This document shows positions 8,122 through 17,791 of a stretch of 46,623 bases of DNA, piece by piece (the stretch's first letter is position 1; each line of letters starts with the position of its first letter). This stretch comes from a virus. Lineage: Duplodnaviria > Caudoviricetes. Under the pieces are notes generated by a model. It did no database searches and was not told the origin of the DNA. It saw only the letters and a list, made by a program, of their open reading frames with translations. Location of the stretch: positions 1 through 46,623 of the IMG/VR virus record IMGVR_UViG_3300046025_000015; one strand, 5' to 3'. The translations under genes were made by a program, and so were the position numbers.

Positions 8122-8526
8122 ATGGAACCGATTACGCTCCGGCTCCCCGAGGACATCCTTGACGAGGTCGATGCCGCCGCCGAGGAGCGGGGCGTCTCGC
8201 GCTCCGAGTACATCCGTATTCGGATTTCTGAGAGCGTCTCACAATCTGAATACGACGACTTACAGGCCGAACACGACGCCCTACAGCGCGAACACGCCGC
8301 CCTTCGCGAGCGGGTCGAGGACCTGGAAACCGAGCGTGAGCACGCTGAGGCACGGGCCGACGATCTCCAGCGCCAACTCCAGGCGGCGCTTGAACGTCGC
8401 GAGGAGACCGAGGAACTTGTCGAGTATGTCGAGGCAGAGCGGTCTGCTGAACAGCGGCGCCGCGAGGCCGGGCTCCTCACGCGGTCGAAGTGGTGGCTCC
8501 TCGGACAGGACAGCGAGGAGGAGTAA
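8122..8526 (+). CDS. CopG/ribbon-helix-helix protein with coiled coil
   Basis: ITLRLPEDILDEVDAAAEERGVSRSEYIR followed by heptad repeats and a KWWLLG tail. Confidence 0.85.
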   Translation: MEPITLRLPEDILDEVDAAAEERGVSRSEYIRIRISESVSQSEYDDLQAEHDALQREHAALRERVEDLETEREHAEARADDLQRQLQAALERREETEELVEYVEAERSAEQRRREAGLLTRSKWWLLGQDSEEE

Positions 8527-8616
8527 CCCCAATCGAAACTCGAAATCTATCTTTTCCCCTCTCTATTTCCTTCGGCGTCGGTTGGCCTTCGACCGCCAGA
8601 GTGCGCCAAGGTGAGG

Positions 8617-11600
8617 CTATTCTTCGGTTTCGATCGCGTAGCGCGTTGCCCCGGTGTCGGTGGTGCCGGCCTCGACGACGGCCCCCTCCTCGGTGAGGGC
8701 ATTCAGCCAGGTCCCAACCGTCCGCCGGGAGACGCCGACCCCCTGCTCCTCGGTGATCGCGTGGGCCGCTGCCTTCGTTGCGGGCTCCTCCCGCTGCTGG
8801 AGGGCGTCAAGCAGGTCAAGGGCACCGTCAGGAACGTCGAGATCGGCCAGCGCCGCCGACAGGCCCGCGATTTCCAGGTCGGCCGGCTCCACGGCACCCT
8901 CGGGGACCGTTACAACGGATACGGAGGGGACCCCGTCATCGAAGTGTTCCGTGATAACGGGGCGCTTGATGGTGGTTTCCCCGTCCAAGGGGTAGGGTTC
9001 GGGATCGGAAAATACTGCTTCAACGGTGTCGAATCGGGCGTATTCGGTGCCGCTGGCGTCTCGGAGCACCACGTCACTGCTCTCCTCACGGATCCAGACG
9101 TTTTCACTCGTACCCGGACGTGTCATGGCCTCCCCGCCGAGCCGGAGGTCCCGGGGAGAAGTGTAGAACCGCGTTTCGCCGTCGACGTCGTGGTCCGACC
9201 GGCAGAGCGGCGGGTCCCGCAGGAGCGTGTCAGCGACCGCTGGAGCGTCGTCGGGGCGGACAAGGGCAAGGTGGGCTCGCCCCTCCTCGGCGGCCTGCAA
9301 GCAGTGGCGGGCGGTCGCGCCGGGCTTCGTGCGCCCGGTGGTGCATTCGGCCTCGATGCGAGCCTCACCCTGGTCGCCGAGCAAACGCTGGACGAGCTCC
9401 GGAGTGGCCTGCTCTGCGGGTGGGGCAGCGGTCGCGACAGCGTCCGGGTCCGCTCCCGAGGCCTGGCTGATCCGGATGTCGATGCCAGCGCGGGTAAGCG
9501 GGCCGTAGGCATCCCAGAGGAGACGCGTGTGGTCGGCGCCCCCAGCGCTCTGGTTCTCGCCGACGGTCGCGAGCGTCGCCCGCGGGGAGCGTGCGCGGAG
9601 GGTCGTCTCCCCATCCGTGCCGCTCACCTCAAGGAGACTGTCGTCAATGTGCTGGAGGACGCGGCGCCACACGTCGCCGTCGGAGGCCAGGCGGTCGGGG
9701 GTGTCCGCTGGTGTCTCCGCGAGGCGGGCCACGCGGCGACGCACGGCGTCAACACACTCGGTGAGAGCCACGCTCTCCTCGGGGGCCCTGGCACGGAGCG
9801 TAGTGTCGTAGACGCCCGCAACCGCGGCGCGTTCGACGCCCCCCGTGATGGTGAGGCTGCGCTCGGTTTCGGCGTCAGCATCGGCGTCAGCGTCGGTGTA
9901 GAGAGAGGTGTCGTCGACTTCCTCGCGCGTCACCGCGTAGCGGTCGAGGCTCGCCGCCTTTAGGTCTGCGACGTGGTCGCCGATCGCCTCCGTCGTGGCC
10001 TCGGGGTCCTCGCCCCGGGCTTCGGCGGCCATCACCCGCGCCTCACGGGGGGCGCGGAAAGCCTCGACTTGATAGCTATGCGTCGATTCGCGGGCGACCG
10101 TCTCGGTGCTCATATAAAAGGTGAATGGCGAGATATGGACGAGGTCCTCGGCCTCGACGCCGTCATGCTGCCCGGCGACGGCGAGGGCCTCCTCCCTGCG
10201 CCCGCTGGCGAAGGAGATCGTTGTGCGGGCATTCCCGAGGATCGCCGCCCGCACACCGTCGGGAAGTTGGGTCGCGGGGCGCTGGCAGGCGACGGTTACG
10301 CGATACCCGAATTTCCGACCCTGGTCCATGATGTTCTCGATGTCCGAGGCGGCCGTGATCACCGACTGCGCCTCGTCGACGACAAGTTCGAAGGGGGCGT
10401 CGGGGCGGTGGAACCGCTGTGCGAAATAGGTGCGCGTGATGAGGGCGTTCCCGACCATGTGCTTGACTGTCTCGGACCCCGACTCCGAGAACCGGACTAC
10501 AATCTCCTTGCCGTCGGAGACGGCGTCGTGCACGCTAAACGTGGGGTTGCGGGCGCAGATCAGCTCGCGCACGTTCGGGTTGAGTACCCACTCATCGAGG
10601 CGGCCAGCAAGCGGGTCTAACTCCGAATCCTCGCGCTCGGCCAGCGTGCGCACGCGGTCGCGCAAGTATCGGAGTCGGTCGTCAGGCATGGCCTCGCCAA
10701 AGGCCGCGAGGGTCTCTGCATCGGAGCACACGGCCGCCACGTCGAAGAGCGTCGCGTCCTCGCCGATCCGCCCCATGGCACGGACCACCGTCTTCACGAC
10801 TCGTTTCATCAGACCGCCGACGTAGTTGTCAGTCCCGCCGGCCTGCCCGACCATGGCGAGAATGTCCTCGGCGAGTTTTTCAACGAACTCGTCGAATTGC
10901 CGGGCGTCCTCGTCGGGATCCAGATACTCGGGAATTTCGAGGAAGTTGAACCGCGGGATCCGCTCGCGAGTGAGGTCCATGTAGATCAGGTCCTCGGGCG
11001 GGCGATCCTCGGGCCACTCCGCGAGCACCGCGTCGGTGTCGTCACCGGTGGGGTCGAGGCGGAGCCCGCCACCACCACTCGGCGCTCGGAACTGCTGGCT
11101 CGCGTCTCCCGCCAGGAATGTCGTCTTCCCGGTCCCGCTCTCCCCGTGGACGAATTTGTGCGGATTCGTGACGGCGTCGTAGTTGATTCCGGCCTCGACG
11201 CCATGGCGGGCGCCCAGGCCGTAGTATTTCACATCCTCGCCGACTGCCTCGGGGCCAGCGTCGAGGATGCCGACCTGTATCTCTTCTTTCGTCGCCTCGG
11301 CGGGGTCACTGTCGAGGCGGTCCCACTCGACGCGCGGGGTCCCCGGCGGGACGCCCTCGCCCGGTGAGGCGAGCGCCCATTTCATCTTGTTCGTGCTGAC
11401 GTGCTCGGCCTCGGGAATATTCAGGAGACCGGCGACCTCGATTTGTGGTTTGATCATGCGCTGCTCGCGTTCGCGGTCGTCGGGCCACTCCCGACCGGCG
11501 GCGGCCCTCGCGGTGGCGACCGCGTCGCGCCCCGTCTGCGGGATCGGGACGAAGGTCTGGGCTCCGCGGTACTCATAGAAGTTATCGAACATTTCCGCAG

Positions 11601-12546
11601 TCGAGGCAACGCGCTCTTGGGCGAGGGCGGGGTCATCGCTCACCGCGACGATCCGGACGTGAAACGCCCATGCGCGGCCGTCGAGATCCGAGAGCATCTT
11701 TGCAGCCTGTGTGTCGGCCGTGCTCGGTGGGTGCTCGAACTCGTCGCGGAAGGCGTGATGCGCCCACCCGAGGGCCGTCCCGATCGGTGTCGGGAGGATC
11801 GCGCGCCGCTCGTGGGTGGGTTGGGTGAGGACCCACCGAAGTTTTTTCGTCGAGAGCGGGGCTGTCACGGCGTCTTCCTCGGCGGTGAGGCCGTCGCCAT
11901 ACTCCTCGGCGACGCCGAACCCGTCAGGGACGCCCTGTTTCCAGTCGGTCGCGGTCGGGCGGGCCATCACCTGCACAGCCACGTCGGCGTCGATCCCGCC
12001 GGCTTCGGCGGCCCCTACCATTTCCGTGAGAATCGACCCCGTCGGATCCCGACGAAATTCGTCGAGGGCGACGTTCTTCAACGGATAGAGTGTGTAGCGC
12101 CGGAGACCGAGCGTCGCGACGGCCATGTGCTGTCCCTCGTCGGGATCGAGCCACGTCGCGGGGCGGCGCTCGGTCCGACTGTCTGGGTATTTATCGGGGA
12201 GCTGCCGGCCAAGGAGATCGCTGGTCCGTTCGTCGCCGCCCACATACTGCAGCGAGACCACGCGCTCGGGAGATCCACTGGTCCCCGGCGACAGCGGGTC
12301 AGGGGCATAGCGGGCCTCGAAGGTAAAGGGCGCGGCAGTGTCCTGCTCGCGACGCCGGAGGACTCCGGTTGTGTCGGTCTCACCTCGGGGAAGCGACCGA
12401 AGGACCTCGTCCATCCCGGCGATCCCACTATTGTCTTGGTGCGGCCGGACGACGACAGCCGCCTGGTCAACGCTGGCGACGGCCGACTGGAGGTCCGCAA
12501 CGGTCTCCTCGTCAAGTTCGACGGCATCCAGGCCCTGGCGAGTCAC
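8617..12546 (-). CDS. VirD4/TraD-like coupling ATPase with C-terminal nuclease-like and wHTH regions
   Basis: Walker A GESGTGKT, Walker B LVVDEAQ, GRKFG...ACQRP...ILGN and FNFL motifs of the FtsK/HerA/T4CP superfamily; directly downstream of the VirB4-like gene. Confidence 0.8.
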   Translation of the reverse strand: MTRQGLDAVELDEETVADLQSAVASVDQAAVVVRPHQDNSGIAGMDEVLRSLPRGETDTTGVLRRREQDTAAPFTFEARYAPDPLSPGTSGSPERVVSLQYVGGDERTSDLLGRQLPDKYPDSRTERRPATWLDPDEGQHMAVATLGLRRYTLYPLKNVALDEFRRDPTGSILTEMVGAAEAGGIDADVAVQVMARPTATDWKQGVPDGFGVAEEYGDGLTAEEDAVTAPLSTKKLRWVLTQPTHERRAILPTPIGTALGWAHHAFRDEFEHPPSTADTQAAKMLSDLDGRAWAFHVRIVAVSDDPALAQERVASTAEMFDNFYEYRGAQTFVPIPQTGRDAVATARAAAGREWPDDREREQRMIKPQIEVAGLLNIPEAEHVSTNKMKWALASPGEGVPPGTPRVEWDRLDSDPAEATKEEIQVGILDAGPEAVGEDVKYYGLGARHGVEAGINYDAVTNPHKFVHGESGTGKTTFLAGDASQQFRAPSGGGGLRLDPTGDDTDAVLAEWPEDRPPEDLIYMDLTRERIPRFNFLEIPEYLDPDEDARQFDEFVEKLAEDILAMVGQAGGTDNYVGGLMKRVVKTVVRAMGRIGEDATLFDVAAVCSDAETLAAFGEAMPDDRLRYLRDRVRTLAEREDSELDPLAGRLDEWVLNPNVRELICARNPTFSVHDAVSDGKEIVVRFSESGSETVKHMVGNALITRTYFAQRFHRPDAPFELVVDEAQSVITAASDIENIMDQGRKFGYRVTVACQRPATQLPDGVRAAILGNARTTISFASGRREEALAVAGQHDGVEAEDLVHISPFTFYMSTETVARESTHSYQVEAFRAPREARVMAAEARGEDPEATTEAIGDHVADLKAASLDRYAVTREEVDDTSLYTDADADADAETERSLTITGGVERAAVAGVYDTTLRARAPEESVALTECVDAVRRRVARLAETPADTPDRLASDGDVWRRVLQHIDDSLLEVSGTDGETTLRARSPRATLATVGENQSAGGADHTRLLWDAYGPLTRAGIDIRISQASGADPDAVATAAPPAEQATPELVQRLLGDQGEARIEAECTTGRTKPGATARHCLQAAEEGRAHLALVRPDDAPAVADTLLRDPPLCRSDHDVDGETRFYTSPRDLRLGGEAMTRPGTSENVWIREESSDVVLRDASGTEYARFDTVEAVFSDPEPYPLDGETTIKRPVITEHFDDGVPSVSVVTVPEGAVEPADLEIAGLSAALADLDVPDGALDLLDALQQREEPATKAAAHAITEEQGVGVSRRTVGTWLNALTEEGAVVEAGTTDTGATRYAIETEE

Positions 12547-15500
12547 GGGTCTGCCCCGCCCCCGTCCGCGGCGACATCATGGCCGGGGGGATCGGTGCCG
12601 GTGCCTCGTGCTTTGCCGGTGTCCGTGTCGCTGTCGGTGTTGGCACCGTCGCTGAGGTCGTTGAGCGCGCCGCGCATGATCTCCTGGTAGGAGCGCCCGC
12701 CGGCCGCACGATGGCTGAAGGTGATGCTCTCGGCAAGCAGCGGGCTTGTCTCGACGCGGGTCCGAATCCAGCCGCGTTCGGACTGGAAGGAGAGGATACA
12801 CTCAGAATAGCCCTTTGCTGCGCTCCCGGGGACGAGGCGCTTCCGAACGGTCCGGGCGTGTGTCTCGGGAAGGCCGAACCCCGCCAGCGTCGAGGCATCG
12901 ACGCCGTCGGCGCGCATGATCTGAATAGTGCTGCACTGCTCGACAATCGTCGCGCGCTTGTTCTCTCCCTGCTCGGCGGCCTGGAGGAACTCCTGGGGGC
13001 TCTGCGTGACGAACCACAGCGCTGCGTCGTAGCGTCGCCATTCCCGGGCGGCCTTGTTCAGCCAGGCCGTCATTTGCTCGGAATGCAGGAGGTTGTGCGC
13101 CTCGTCGATCACAAATATCGTCTCGCCCTCGGTTTGCTTGATGAGTTGGCTGACCTGCCCGACCGCCAACTGAAGCGTCACGCTTTGGGCGCCACCGGTA
13201 TCGCCAGCGAGTTGCCGCAGGTCGAGATAGGCCATCTCCGTCTCGGGCGAGAGCCCGGCGGAGGTATCTTGCAACAGGTTGTGATGCTTGCCGCCGGGCT
13301 TGAACGCGGAGAGTTCGGCCAGGAGGTCAGCGACGGTCTCCGCGAGGCTCCCGGCCTCTCGCTCCTCGGCGGTGAACGTGTAGTCCGCGGGCGCGGCCAC
13401 CATATCTTCCAAGACTGCGAACAGGTCTGTGGGGTCCGGCGAGGGCTTGCCATGGGTGGCGGGATCGGTAGTGATCCCCGCGTCCGCGTAGGTCTGTTCG
13501 ACGGCCTGCTCTATCAGGGCGGTGTAGTCCGCGGGGTCGACACCATTTGATCGGATGATCCCGGCGAAGAACTCGGTTGCCTCCTCGACTTTCAGGCGGT
13601 ACTGATCATACCTCCCGCCGGTCGCCGCCTGGTCGTGGTCGGCAGCGGGGCGAATATCGAGGGGGTTGATTCCCGTCTTGCCATCAATCACGACGTGCTC
13701 GGCGGCGAACGCCTCGACGGCGTCCTCAAAGCCGCCCTGCGTGTCCGCGAAGATCACCGTCCGGTCATCGCCGTTCGCCCACCACTCTTCGGCGGCGGCT
13801 TCGACGGCGAAGGTCTTCCCACTCCCGGAGGGCCCAACCGTCACGAGGTGGGGCGCCTTCCCCTGGCTGAAGGGGTCAACCTGCACAGTCCGGCCCGTCG
13901 TCACGTCGCGGCCCCACCGAATCCCGCCGGGGTCGCGGCGCTCGAATGTCGCCGCGGGAAGCGCGGCCCCGAGAACGCCCCCGAGCGCGCGGTGTGTCTT
14001 GGTCGCCCGCTGGTGTGCCGCCCCACGCTCGGCGAGGCGGTCGGCGCCGAAGGGTGCCGCCGACCGGAAGGCAGTGTGCTGGTCGCCAAATGGGGCCGCA
14101 GGGTCGCACCGAGCGGGCGGTTTCTGCAACGCAGTCCGCACGCGGTCGGCAGCCTCGCGAAGCCGCTCCTCGTCGGGTGCCCGAACCGTCACGTAGCCCG
14201 AGAGGCCCCAGGGTTGCGTGTCGACGGTCTGAAGAAGTTTGTAGGCGAGGATGTAATAGGAGAGGTTATCGTCGAGTGTGAGACTCCCCACGTCCATCTG
14301 CGCCGCTCGATCCATCCCCTCGGCGTCGATCCGCGGGATGATCTTCTCCAGGCGGTTTACCTCGGCTTCCCGGTCCCGGGGGTGTGCGTAGAGTTTGAGG
14401 TCAAGGTCGACGCCGGGCATGGTCCGCACGGTGTGCAGAAAGCGCGAGCGGGGCTGCTCGGGCCACGTGCTGATCCAGAACGTCCGGGCGACCATGTCAC
14501 CGACCTCGACGTGGCGGGTCCGCTCGGCATACCATTCGGGGCTGATTGCACGGGCGGCGTCGGTCGCCCCCTCGCCGTCTCGCGGGCGTTCGGCAAGGTC
14601 GTCAATCGGGACCGGCGGGACGGCGGCCTCGGCGGCGGCCTCCCCGGTCGGTGTGTCCGGGTGAGGTGCCCGCGCCCAATACTCGGCGGCGAGGTCAAGG
14701 ACTTCTCGGGTATCCGCGGGTGCGGCCGAGAGGGAGTCCGCGCTCCCGATTGCCCGCTCGGCCTCGTGGATCCGCTCGCGAAGGGCGTCACCGACTTCCT
14801 GGCGGTCGCTCTCGCTGCTGGCCTCGACGATGACATAGTTCGCGACTTCGTTTGCGCCCGTTTCTGCGTCCCGCTTCCCGACCCACTCCCCGAGATCTCC
14901 GAGGAGCCCGGCGACGTAGGCAGGTGCGCGCCCGCCGCGACTTGCGTGTCCCCGGGCGAGGTCTTCGGCCCGGTCGAGGTATTCCGTCGCGACCGCCGAG
15001 GTGGCGGGGCGTGTCGTCGAATAGAGCGCGATTGGCCCGCCGCCGGGGCTGATCTCGGTATCGAAGCCCTGTGTGAGCGTCCCGGACAGCGTGTCGAGTT
15101 CGCCCGGATCAAGGAACTCCGTGTTCTCGCCGTGCAGGCGCACCGGGACGACGGCCCGCCCCTCTGCGGTGAGCACGCCGGCGTACGTCCATGGGTCGCT
15201 CTCGGGGCCGACGTCGACGGTGAGCGTCGCCTCGATACCGTGCAACGCCTCGGCGTTCGCGACGGCGTCCGCGTACCCCCACGGCAGCGTGACGCGCCGG
15301 CGAAGGTGCGCGACGCCATCAAGGACCATCTCATGCGGGTGGGCCGCCCAAGAGGCGGTGACTCGCCCGGTCACGACAAGCCCGGCGAGGACCACACTCC
15401 CTGCCAAGAGAGCCATCCCCAGGAGGAGCCGCCCGGTCGCGAACCCCCACACCGCGCCGCTGGCGACCAGGAGCGCGGGGAGCGCGGCGACCACCGTCAT

Positions 15501-15689
15501 GGCGGTGAGCTTTACCGGGAGGCGCCCGCCCGAGAGGTCGACCGCGGCGTCAACATGGGGAAAAACGAGTTGCCGAGGGTCCGCGGGGGCGTCATCCTGG
15601 ATCTGGCCCTGTCCCCGACTCCCCATGTCCGCATCCGCGTCGGTTCCGGTCCGGTCCATCGTCGAGGATGAGGGGGGTGTCTCAGTCAT
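12543..15689 (-). CDS. VirB4-like ATPase with N-terminal transmembrane (VirB3/PrgI-like) segment
   Basis: Walker A GPSGSGKT, INPLDI, Walker B FVIDEAH, REWRRY...FVTQS. Start refined to ATG 15689, overlapping the upstream gene end. Confidence 0.85.
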   Translation of the reverse strand: MTETPPSSSTMDRTGTDADADMGSRGQGQIQDDAPADPRQLVFPHVDAAVDLSGGRLPVKLTAMTVVAALPALLVASGAVWGFATGRLLLGMALLAGSVVLAGLVVTGRVTASWAAHPHEMVLDGVAHLRRRVTLPWGYADAVANAEALHGIEATLTVDVGPESDPWTYAGVLTAEGRAVVPVRLHGENTEFLDPGELDTLSGTLTQGFDTEISPGGGPIALYSTTRPATSAVATEYLDRAEDLARGHASRGGRAPAYVAGLLGDLGEWVGKRDAETGANEVANYVIVEASSESDRQEVGDALRERIHEAERAIGSADSLSAAPADTREVLDLAAEYWARAPHPDTPTGEAAAEAAVPPVPIDDLAERPRDGEGATDAARAISPEWYAERTRHVEVGDMVARTFWISTWPEQPRSRFLHTVRTMPGVDLDLKLYAHPRDREAEVNRLEKIIPRIDAEGMDRAAQMDVGSLTLDDNLSYYILAYKLLQTVDTQPWGLSGYVTVRAPDEERLREAADRVRTALQKPPARCDPAAPFGDQHTAFRSAAPFGADRLAERGAAHQRATKTHRALGGVLGAALPAATFERRDPGGIRWGRDVTTGRTVQVDPFSQGKAPHLVTVGPSGSGKTFAVEAAAEEWWANGDDRTVIFADTQGGFEDAVEAFAAEHVVIDGKTGINPLDIRPAADHDQAATGGRYDQYRLKVEEATEFFAGIIRSNGVDPADYTALIEQAVEQTYADAGITTDPATHGKPSPDPTDLFAVLEDMVAAPADYTFTAEEREAGSLAETVADLLAELSAFKPGGKHHNLLQDTSAGLSPETEMAYLDLRQLAGDTGGAQSVTLQLAVGQVSQLIKQTEGETIFVIDEAHNLLHSEQMTAWLNKAAREWRRYDAALWFVTQSPQEFLQAAEQGENKRATIVEQCSTIQIMRADGVDASTLAGFGLPETHARTVRKRLVPGSAAKGYSECILSFQSERGWIRTRVETSPLLAESITFSHRAAGGRSYQEIMRGALNDLSDGANTDSDTDTGKARGTGTDPPGHDVAADGGGADP

Positions 15690-16920
15690 CAGCGTGTCCG
15701 TCTGTCCGAGCCGAGCGGTCGTTGAGGCGATCCTGAAGGCTACTCGTCCGAGCGCGGGTGTCCGGGCTCGTATTCGTATTCGATCCGGCGGCACCCCCAC
15801 GCGAGGAGAGCGCCGACGGCGTCTGTGTCCGCGTCCGCGTGTCGTCGCCACCCGCCCGTCCGCCGAGACGGGAGGCGCCCGAAGAGGCCGTGTGAACGCG
15901 CTCGCGAAGAGCCGCCCCCGAGGGGACCCGCTCGCGAAGGTCGGCCATGCGCTCTTTCGCACTCTCCCCGGTCCGCGTCCCGACGCGGCCGCCCGAAGCG
16001 ACGATCGACCGTGGGATCAGGCGCTTGAGCCCCTCCCACGGGAGCAGGAGGAAGGCAATCGCGAGGCCGACGATAATCATGAGCGCGGTGAACAGCGTCG
16101 ACGGGTCCGAGGGAGACATGGGGGCCTCGAAGATCAATCGGAGGACGACCGCCTTCGCGAATTGCAGGGGGCCGAGGGCGAGCGTCGCGAGAATCCCCGA
16201 GTAGCCGATTGTCTCGACGGCGAAGGACTCCGATGCGCGGAGTGCCACCGAGAGAGGCCATAACGCGACGAAAATGTAGGTGAGCATGATAAACAAGAGG
16301 TGAATCCCGAGGCCGGCGAGAAGGATGCTGCCGTGCGCGAACGCGAGGCCGACGCCGAGGAGCACGCCAAGGCCGAAGCGAGCGGTGTTCCCCGGTGTTG
16401 AAAGGAACTCCTCGCCCGAGGGGGCGAACGCGAGCGCCGCCTCGTTCCAGAAGTGAAACCACGCCGGGAGGATTACAGAGAAGCCAAAGCCGACAGCGAG
16501 CGTCGCGACGACGAGCGTCCGAAGCCGGCGCCGACGGGGGACTCCACGCGGGATTCCGACATTGAACCAGCCAACCGCCCAGATCCCGATCAGCGAGAGC
16601 GCCATTAACATGGCGTAGACGGTCCCCGTCGCGATCCAGTAGGGATCCGACGGCGTCGCCCATGTCGCGGGGTTCATCGGCTCCCCCGGCGCGGGGAGGG
16701 TCAGCACGCGCCCGTGGAAGGCGTCGATCACCCCGGCGACCCCGCCGAGGAAGTCGGTGATCGCGCCGTCAAGGGCGGACGTAAGGAGGTCCCATCCGCT
16801 CGGAAAGTCGGGGACGACCCCGCCGCCACCACCACCGCTATTGCTCCCACTCCCCGGGGCTGAGGCCGTCGAGTTCGGGTTCGAGCTGTTCGCCGTCGCC
16901 GCCGTCGTGTTCGGTGGCAT
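15682..16920 (-). CDS. VirB6/TrbL-like polytopic membrane protein
   Basis: About 6-7 hydrophobic segments, low-complexity termini, and a position between the pilin-like and VirB4-like genes. Confidence 0.65.
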   Translation of the reverse strand: MPPNTTAATANSSNPNSTASAPGSGSNSGGGGGGVVPDFPSGWDLLTSALDGAITDFLGGVAGVIDAFHGRVLTLPAPGEPMNPATWATPSDPYWIATGTVYAMLMALSLIGIWAVGWFNVGIPRGVPRRRRLRTLVVATLAVGFGFSVILPAWFHFWNEAALAFAPSGEEFLSTPGNTARFGLGVLLGVGLAFAHGSILLAGLGIHLLFIMLTYIFVALWPLSVALRASESFAVETIGYSGILATLALGPLQFAKAVVLRLIFEAPMSPSDPSTLFTALMIIVGLAIAFLLLPWEGLKRLIPRSIVASGGRVGTRTGESAKERMADLRERVPSGAALRERVHTASSGASRLGGRAGGDDTRTRTQTPSALSSRGGAAGSNTNTSPDTRARTSSLQDRLNDRSARTDGHADD

Positions 16921-16993
16921 TATCGATCTCTGGTGGTGGATATAACACCCGGGTCAGGACGCCGGCACAGGCCGTCGCCCCTCACCGGGTGTC

Positions 16994-17362
16994 TCACGGC
17001 GAGAAAATGTTGACCGGGCTGATGTGGTCGAGAACTTCGAACCCGAGCGCGGAGAGGATCTCCGGACCAGCGCCAAGGACGACAGCGACGAGGAGCATGA
17101 TTCCTGCACTCGCGAGGTACGTCCCCACACTGCCCTGCCGCCCCGCGTCCTGGCTCATCCGCGCGAGGCCTGCGGCGCCGAACGCGAACAGCGAGCCGAT
17201 GACGAGGATGGTGACGAACATCAGGAGCGCGAACTGGATGATCGTCCCGAGTCCCGATTCAAACACCGCGGCGACCGCCTCCGCGGCGTCAAGCGGCACC
17301 ATCGGGACTGCCGCCATAGCGAACGATTCCACCTGTGCGCCGAACTGACCGACTCGGACCAT
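16994..17362 (-). CDS. pilin-like (VirB2/TrbC-like) small membrane protein
   Basis: Two long hydrophobic helices separated by a short polar loop (ARMSQDAGRQG); first gene of the operon. Confidence 0.55.
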   Translation of the reverse strand: MVRVGQFGAQVESFAMAAVPMVPLDAAEAVAAVFESGLGTIIQFALLMFVTILVIGSLFAFGAAGLARMSQDAGRQGSVGTYLASAGIMLLVAVVLGAGPEILSALGFEVLDHISPVNIFSP

Positions 17363-17404
17363 ATGGGGGGCATTGTCCCCACCAATCAAATATGTTTGGG
17401 TGAA

Positions 17405-17445
17405 CGTTTAGAATAAAAACCAACGCTTATGTTTTTAACCCACCC
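17405..17445. promoter_or_regulatory. back-to-back TATA boxes for the transfer operon and the rightward gene
   Basis: TTTTTATT on the minus strand (17412-17419) and TTTTTAA on the plus strand (17432-17438). Confidence 0.55.
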
Positions 17446-17467
17446 ACCCCTAGCGAACCCCGTAGTT

Positions 17468-17791
17468 ATGACAGATGCGCTTCAGGCATTCTGTATGAGC
17501 GACCTCCCGCGGGCGTTTCTCACGCCCGGCGAGCGCGAGGCGGCAGACCCCGAGAGCGACATGGATCCTGATATCCGCTCCGCCCATCTCTCCCGCGTCC
17601 GGCGCAAGATCGAAAAAATGCGTGGGGACATGGAGGTACTCCGCGACCACCGCCCCGAAATCGCCCGGCAGTTAGAGGAGGCTGTCTGCCGCGAGCAACT
17701 GGAAGGCCGGATCCGCCGCCTTGAGGCCGAGGTCGAGGCCCTTCGCGAACAGTCTGAGCAGGCTGATGGAGATGGGAGTGGCGACCGATGA
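17468..17791 (+). CDS. small coiled-coil protein, putative regulator of the transfer operon
   Basis: FLTPGERE motif and C-terminal coiled coil; ATG about 30 nt after the TATA box (alternative start 17495). Confidence 0.7.
   Translation: MTDALQAFCMSDLPRAFLTPGEREAADPESDMDPDIRSAHLSRVRRKIEKMRGDMEVLRDHRPEIARQLEEAVCREQLEGRIRRLEAEVEALREQSEQADGDGSGDR

Noticed and set aside
8527-8616. Imperfect hairpin and pyrimidine tract as an oriT
   Set aside because: Adequately explained as a terminator region between convergent genes.
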